Shown here piece after piece: positions 59,801 through 64,000 of a stretch of 64,000 nucleotides of DNA (position 1 is the first letter of the stretch; every line of letters starts with the position of its first letter). The position numbers and the translations under genes were made by a program. The notes below the pieces were generated by a model. The model did not search any database and was not told the DNA's origin. It worked only from the letters and a program-made list of their open reading frames with translations. The stretch is taken from assembly GCA_000002435.2 (NCBI GenBank), contig CM018792.1. One strand, 5' to 3'. This stretch comes from Giardia intestinalis. Taxonomy: Eukaryota.

Positions 59801-62473
59801 ATGATAAATTTCCAGGCTGATGAGAGCGCATTTAACCAGCGATGCTTTCTTAATCCGCCTTATATGGTTAAGCCAGTGACTGAAGTCGCTCTTCCTCAGG
59901 GTGCAAGTGTGATAGAGCAGCAACTGCAGAAAGCACGAGGCCCCCGTGTTACGCTTGAAACGCCTGCTGCGGCGAACCATAACGGTTCACATAATAATTC
60001 AGCAGATAAAGAGCCAGCAAGCACTGCCCCCACATTTGTGACTTTTGAGGCGGCCCAGACTGTTTCCAATCCGCCCAAAGTGAAGTCTATGCAGCCCGAG
60101 AATCTGGGGCAAGAGGACGCCGCAGATATCTTTATGGATGTATTCCAGAGCGCAGCAGAGTCTCTGAATCCGGTCGCCCACATTGAGAGGCCACTTATAG
60201 ATGAGCCCTTTGCAAACCTCATTCCTGCAAATGTTGAGCAAAATAAGCGAGGGGCGAACCCATATAACAGCCGTACAAATGCATCCGTAAACTATGAAAC
60301 GCTTCGGCCACGCGGACTTGTCAACTCCCTTTCCAAGCTTATCTTTGTTCGCACTGGCAATCTACGGACGATGTCTGACACCGACTTCAAGCTTTATGTA
60401 GCTAACTTGGGAGGCACGGTAACTACGGCTGTCAGTGGGCGGACAAGTTACCTAGTCGTCGGAGATGATCCTGGTGTAACAAAAATTAGGGACGCAAAGG
60501 CCAAATTTGTACGTATTATTTCAGAAAAGGAGTTTTATGATCTTGTTGTGAAGAAGAGCGGCGTTCCCGATTGGGTACCTTGGGTATCCTTCACTGAGAG
60601 CCTCCAACCTCTTACTACAGACGAACTTGCAGATGTTATTGCAGAGCACAATAAGCAGTACGAGTCTTCTGGTCAGGGCGGAGCAGGAGAAGAGCTGGTT
60701 GCCTTAGGAGCTATAGCAAGTTCTTCTATTGGTGATTCCGCCACCTCTACTGTAAAAGCAGAAAACTTTGACCAGCCTGAAAAGAAAACTACTGGTGTTC
60801 AGGGATCCACGGCTAGCAGAGAAGAGCATGAAAAGCATAAAGAGCTTGTCCGCTTCCAAACACCTATGTCTGAACTAGATTGGTTGATGAAGCATACACC
60901 TACTCGCATTTCTGCGGTTGTTGGGAACAATATAATGATCAATCAGCTTAGGCTTTGGCTTACAGACTGGGCGGATGTCTTCATAAACAAAGTGCCGGTG
61001 GAGTCTGTCCTCTCTTCAGAAGGGTATGCGAGGTACAACAAGGGCATGGGAGAACGCTTTCAGTTCAAGGCAGCTCTGGTTTCGGGGCCTTCGGGTATTG
61101 GAAAGACCCTCGCCGTTAATCTTATCGTCAAGGAGAGTAGCTACTCTCCTTATTACCTGAGTGTCGCCGAGCAGCGCAGCAAGCTTTCACTCCAGGAGGC
61201 GCTATCCGATGTCTTTGAGAGCTGTGGGATCATTAGGTTCTTAGGCGGGGCACAGAGGTTGAGCAGGTCGACAAGCAACGATAGTAAGACAGGCCTATGC
61301 TTAATAATCGACGAGTGTGAGAGTATGGACGCTGGAGGTGCTAGTTACTTGCTCTCAGTAATGAACAAGGAGTCTAACCGTGTCCCCATAATCTTTATCT
61401 GTAACAATGCGCACGACCAGAAGCTGAAGACCCTACGTAGCAAATGTGCACTGTTCCCCTTTGAGCGACCTCAGAAGGACATGATCGGGAAGTTTCTTTT
61501 GTCTGTTGCCGAAGCAGAGAACGTGTCTCTCCAATCTGGTCATGCAAGTCTTATTGCAGAGCGTGTGCGCAGTGACGTCCGCTATGCCATCAATGAGCTG
61601 CAGTTCAGGACAGCAGGTAGCAAAGATTCGTCATACTCAGCGAAAGCGTTGTCGTCACTTCATATTGTCACGGCAGCACCAACGATGTTTGAAACCTGGA
61701 ATCTCATTCTCGACTACCGCGTGCTCAAGCAGTGGGTTGCCAACACAAAGCAGGATGGCTGCTATCGATCTCTTATAACGCTCCACATGGGAGACCCTTC
61801 TTTGAATACTGCGGGGATATTCCAGAACTATCGCACGAAGACAGCCGGGCTCTTGAGCTACACCTCTGTCCTGTCCGACTTGCTATCCACGAGCGAGACC
61901 ATGCTGGCTAGGATGATGTCTGTTGGTGACTGGTCGTGTAGCCGCGATCAGGCCGTGTTTTCTGCTGTACTGCCGAACCTCATACTTTCTACCCTTGATC
62001 TCACAGGAACAGGAAGCTTTGGAACCTTTCGCCAAAATACTTTCCCAGGAATGGTGTTGAATGCAGTGAGTTCTGCTAAGTCGGCAGCTGCAAAGGTGGA
62101 CGAGTTTTGGACAAGGTCGGCTAGGCTAGGCACCTCGGGGAGGGGCAGTATACTAGCGTCAAACATGCCCATGTTTGCGTCTTTAATTGCTAATGGATGG
62201 GAGCTTTGTGGAGACGCTCTTTTGCAACATATGAAAAAAGGAAGAGAGCTCGCTCCAGATGAAGACTGCTTTGCTTCTCTGCTAACGGACACATTTAGCG
62301 GCGTTTCTATGGATACGTGGAAAGAGTTCAAAGAGATTCAGGAGATACCTCTCGTCAGTGGGAAGTCGCAGACAGCCCTCACCAGCTACCTTCAAGGCAT
62401 TATGGACTACGACTATCGGTCTATAGCGCCTTCCTCTAAAAAGAATCCTCGTGCCCGAAAAGTAAAGCAGTAG
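59801..62473 (+). CDS. RFC1: Replication factor C large subunit (RFC1) with BRCT domain
   Basis: The BRCT-like region reads IFVRTGNLRTMSDTDFKLYVANLGGTVTTAVSGRTSYLVVGDDPG. The AAA+ part has Walker A LVSGPSGIGKTLAV, Walker B LCLIIDECESMD and sensor IIFICNN. Confidence 0.85.
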   Translation: MINFQADESAFNQRCFLNPPYMVKPVTEVALPQGASVIEQQLQKARGPRVTLETPAAANHNGSHNNSADKEPASTAPTFVTFEAAQTVSNPPKVKSMQPENLGQEDAADIFMDVFQSAAESLNPVAHIERPLIDEPFANLIPANVEQNKRGANPYNSRTNASVNYETLRPRGLVNSLSKLIFVRTGNLRTMSDTDFKLYVANLGGTVTTAVSGRTSYLVVGDDPGVTKIRDAKAKFVRIISEKEFYDLVVKKSGVPDWVPWVSFTESLQPLTTDELADVIAEHNKQYESSGQGGAGEELVALGAIASSSIGDSATSTVKAENFDQPEKKTTGVQGSTASREEHEKHKELVRFQTPMSELDWLMKHTPTRISAVVGNNIMINQLRLWLTDWADVFINKVPVESVLSSEGYARYNKGMGERFQFKAALVSGPSGIGKTLAVNLIVKESSYSPYYLSVAEQRSKLSLQEALSDVFESCGIIRFLGGAQRLSRSTSNDSKTGLCLIIDECESMDAGGASYLLSVMNKESNRVPIIFICNNAHDQKLKTLRSKCALFPFERPQKDMIGKFLLSVAEAENVSLQSGHASLIAERVRSDVRYAINELQFRTAGSKDSSYSAKALSSLHIVTAAPTMFETWNLILDYRVLKQWVANTKQDGCYRSLITLHMGDPSLNTAGIFQNYRTKTAGLLSYTSVLSDLLSTSETMLARMMSVGDWSCSRDQAVFSAVLPNLILSTLDLTGTGSFGTFRQNTFPGMVLNAVSSAKSAAAKVDEFWTRSARLGTSGRGSILASNMPMFASLIANGWELCGDALLQHMKKGRELAPDEDCFASLLTDTFSGVSMDTWKEFKEIQEIPLVSGKSQTALTSYLQGIMDYDYRSIAPSSKKNPRARKVKQ

Positions 62474-62493
62474 TTCTTACGTAAAACATTTAA

Positions 62494-63105
62494 ATGATTA
62501 ATTTGAGGGTAGAAGAGATCTATGAGCGGCTTGCCTCCGTAATGGCCGCTCTGCCGCTGCATGTGGCCGTGCGCCCCCATGGGATAAGTAAGCATATGCT
62601 CCTCGAACGTTTCGAGAACAACAGAAAGGCTGACAGCGAGCTTTTCAAGAAGCAAGAGCAGACACAGCCAGCGTTCACGGAAGAGGCCTCAGATGATACC
62701 TCGTCCAGTGCCTCTCCTGAAAGTGACACCGACGACATCCAGGCAGCTAATCTTGGCGCAGTTGGGAGCGAAAAAGTCCAGATACTCGACGGCATCCCCC
62801 GGTCCCGCAAGGCTGCTGATAAGCGTGCTTTGAAGGAGGCCATTGCAGCTAAGAAGGAACGGGAACAGGCGATTGCTGCGGCCGCTAAGGGAGACCGGGC
62901 CGCGATGGACAGCGTCGTTGACAAAGAGTACGACGTGGCAATGCGGCGGGCGTCTGGTAAAAAGGTGCGCGACGACCCCGCGCGGATTCGTAAGTCGATG
63001 AGGAACAATCAAGGCAGGCGGCCCCGGGGGAAAGCAGCTTCAAAGCCCCAGAAGCCGAAGTTCCCCATGAAGTCCCAGGCGGGGTTCGGAAGAGGCCCGA
63101 AGTGA
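62494..63105 (+). CDS. Hypothetical basic/acidic coiled protein (possible nucleolar rRNA-processing type)
   Basis: ATG ORF of 203 aa with a K/R-rich C-terminus and an acidic Ser-rich middle. No family assigned. Confidence 0.5.
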   Translation: MINLRVEEIYERLASVMAALPLHVAVRPHGISKHMLLERFENNRKADSELFKKQEQTQPAFTEEASDDTSSSASPESDTDDIQAANLGAVGSEKVQILDGIPRSRKAADKRALKEAIAAKKEREQAIAAAAKGDRAAMDSVVDKEYDVAMRRASGKKVRDDPARIRKSMRNNQGRRPRGKAASKPQKPKFPMKSQAGFGRGPK

Positions 63106-63124
63106 GACGTAAATGCTGATCGAT

Positions 63125-63487
63125 TTACTTCGCATGCCCCTTGCCGGCGGTCTGCTTGGCCGTCTTAGCTGTCTGAGCGGCGATTTCCCTCAGAGCCTGG
63201 TTCTCTTCATTGAGGAACGACTCCAAGATGTGAGCACGGAGCGCAGACCCGCAGAGCTTGCCGCCGTAGGGACGCGAGACTTTTCGCTGCTGGCGCGTGA
63301 GGTGCTGGGGGATCACACGGGGAATGCCGTGGATCTGTTTGCCGGTCTCTGCGCAATGGGGGGCATTCGGCAGCTTCTTAACGCGGAGGGACGTCAGCCT
63401 GTTCCCGGGAGTGCGCTTGTAACGCACGATCTTCGAGCGAGTCCTGTATGTGGAGTGGAAGCGGCAAGTGACGCGACAGTCGGCCAT
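63125..63487 (-). CDS. RPL34: 60S ribosomal protein L34 (eL34)
   Basis: YRTRSKIVRYKRTPGNRLTSLRVKK...CAETGKQIHGI...VSRPYGGKLCGSALRAHI matches the eL34 zinc-ribbon protein. Confidence 0.9.
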   Translation of the reverse strand: MADCRVTCRFHSTYRTRSKIVRYKRTPGNRLTSLRVKKLPNAPHCAETGKQIHGIPRVIPQHLTRQQRKVSRPYGGKLCGSALRAHILESFLNEENQALREIAAQTAKTAKQTAGKGHAK

Positions 63488-63699
63488 CTCGGGCGGGCAG
63501 CTCTTTAGTAATTAAAAGCCAATTTAAAATTCTTTCTATTTTTAAAACGAGAATGTATCGAGCGAGCCTCGGAGGAACCAGAGAGGGGTAGTGATAGCGG
63601 AGACCGTGTCCCGGCCAGCGTGCAAGCGAGCCTTTGTGTACGATAACAGAGAAAATTATATCTTACAATGACGTCAAATCGCGATTTAAACGAAATAAA

Positions 63700-64000
63700 A
63701 TGATCACTCCTCTGCTCCTTGTGCTCTCCCTCGGCAAGGTTGTCGAGTTAGGCAAAGATGAATTCAACACGCTGCGCAATTCCGGCGCCTCCATGTCTGT
63801 TGTCTTCTATGCCCCGTGGTGTGGACACTGCAAGAATCTGAAGCCAGAGTACGCTAAGGCCGGGGCAGAGCTGGATGGTGTTGTGGACCTTTACATGGTT
63901 GACTGCACCAATGAGAGCAACGGGGGGAAGGATCTCTGTGGGGAGTTCGACGTTCAGGGCTTTCCCACGATAAAGATGATAAACACTGAGAAGGATAGTG
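63700..64000 (+). CDS. PDI: Protein disulfide isomerase (thioredoxin domain), 3' end outside window
   Basis: It has the signal peptide MITPLLLVLSLG and the thioredoxin active site FYAPWCGHCKNLKPEYAKA. Confidence 0.85.
   Translation, partial: MITPLLLVLSLGKVVELGKDEFNTLRNSGASMSVVFYAPWCGHCKNLKPEYAKAGAELDGVVDLYMVDCTNESNGGKDLCGEFDVQGFPTIKMINTEKDS

Noticed and set aside
1-64000. CRISPR arrays, transposons, long tandem repeats
   Set aside because: None seen. The only repeats are the paralogous VSP 3' ends.

Overview
This window reads as Giardia intestinalis (lamblia) nuclear DNA. Two tandem cysteine-rich CXXC proteins end in the VSP-specific tail ...GGLVGFLCWW(F/L)xCRGKA and are followed by the VSP-type extended poly(A) motif GTACTTAGGTAGTRAAT. 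Genes are intron-poor and densely packed, with 12-100 nt spacers, AT-rich initiator-like sequence just upstream of ATGs, and AGTRAAY poly(A) signals at or just after stop codons. I call about 40 protein genes and one tRNA-Cys(GCA). The recognisable proteins include RPL10, RPL32, RPL34, p23, an Aha1 N-domain protein, a U1A/U2B''-like RRM protein, a p24/emp24 protein, a Tul1-like RING E3, NEMF/Rqc2, cysteinyl-tRNA synthetase, DRG GTPase, EB1, sedlin/TRAPPC2, a NEK kinase, an SPX-EXS protein, RFC1 (BRCT + AAA+), PDI, a PsiE-like membrane protein and two high-cysteine membrane proteins. Two giant same-strand ORFs of about 1929 and 3417 aa have no domains I can recognise. The most unusual feature is a sharply bounded, extremely GC-rich island (about 32.73-36.96 kb, roughly 80% GC by eye against about 45-50% around it). 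It carries two co-oriented minus-strand genes of 524 and 772 aa that sit in the same reading frame and are separated by a single TAG; a 1376-aa plus-strand ORF over the same DNA is an antisense artifact. Other points worth a second look are a tRNA-Cys(GCA) 25 nt upstream of, and co-oriented with, the cysteinyl-tRNA synthetase gene; a 5'-truncated VSP copy behind a complete VSP 3' end; an orphan VSP-type 3' motif at the GC-island border; a frame-interrupted small gene; and a possible NEK-kinase-derived pseudogene in a 1.4 kb ORF-poor stretch. The ORF track uses TTG/GTG as starts, so several gene starts were moved to the first ATG with AT-rich upstream context. No identity was checked against a database; all are from motif recognition by eye.
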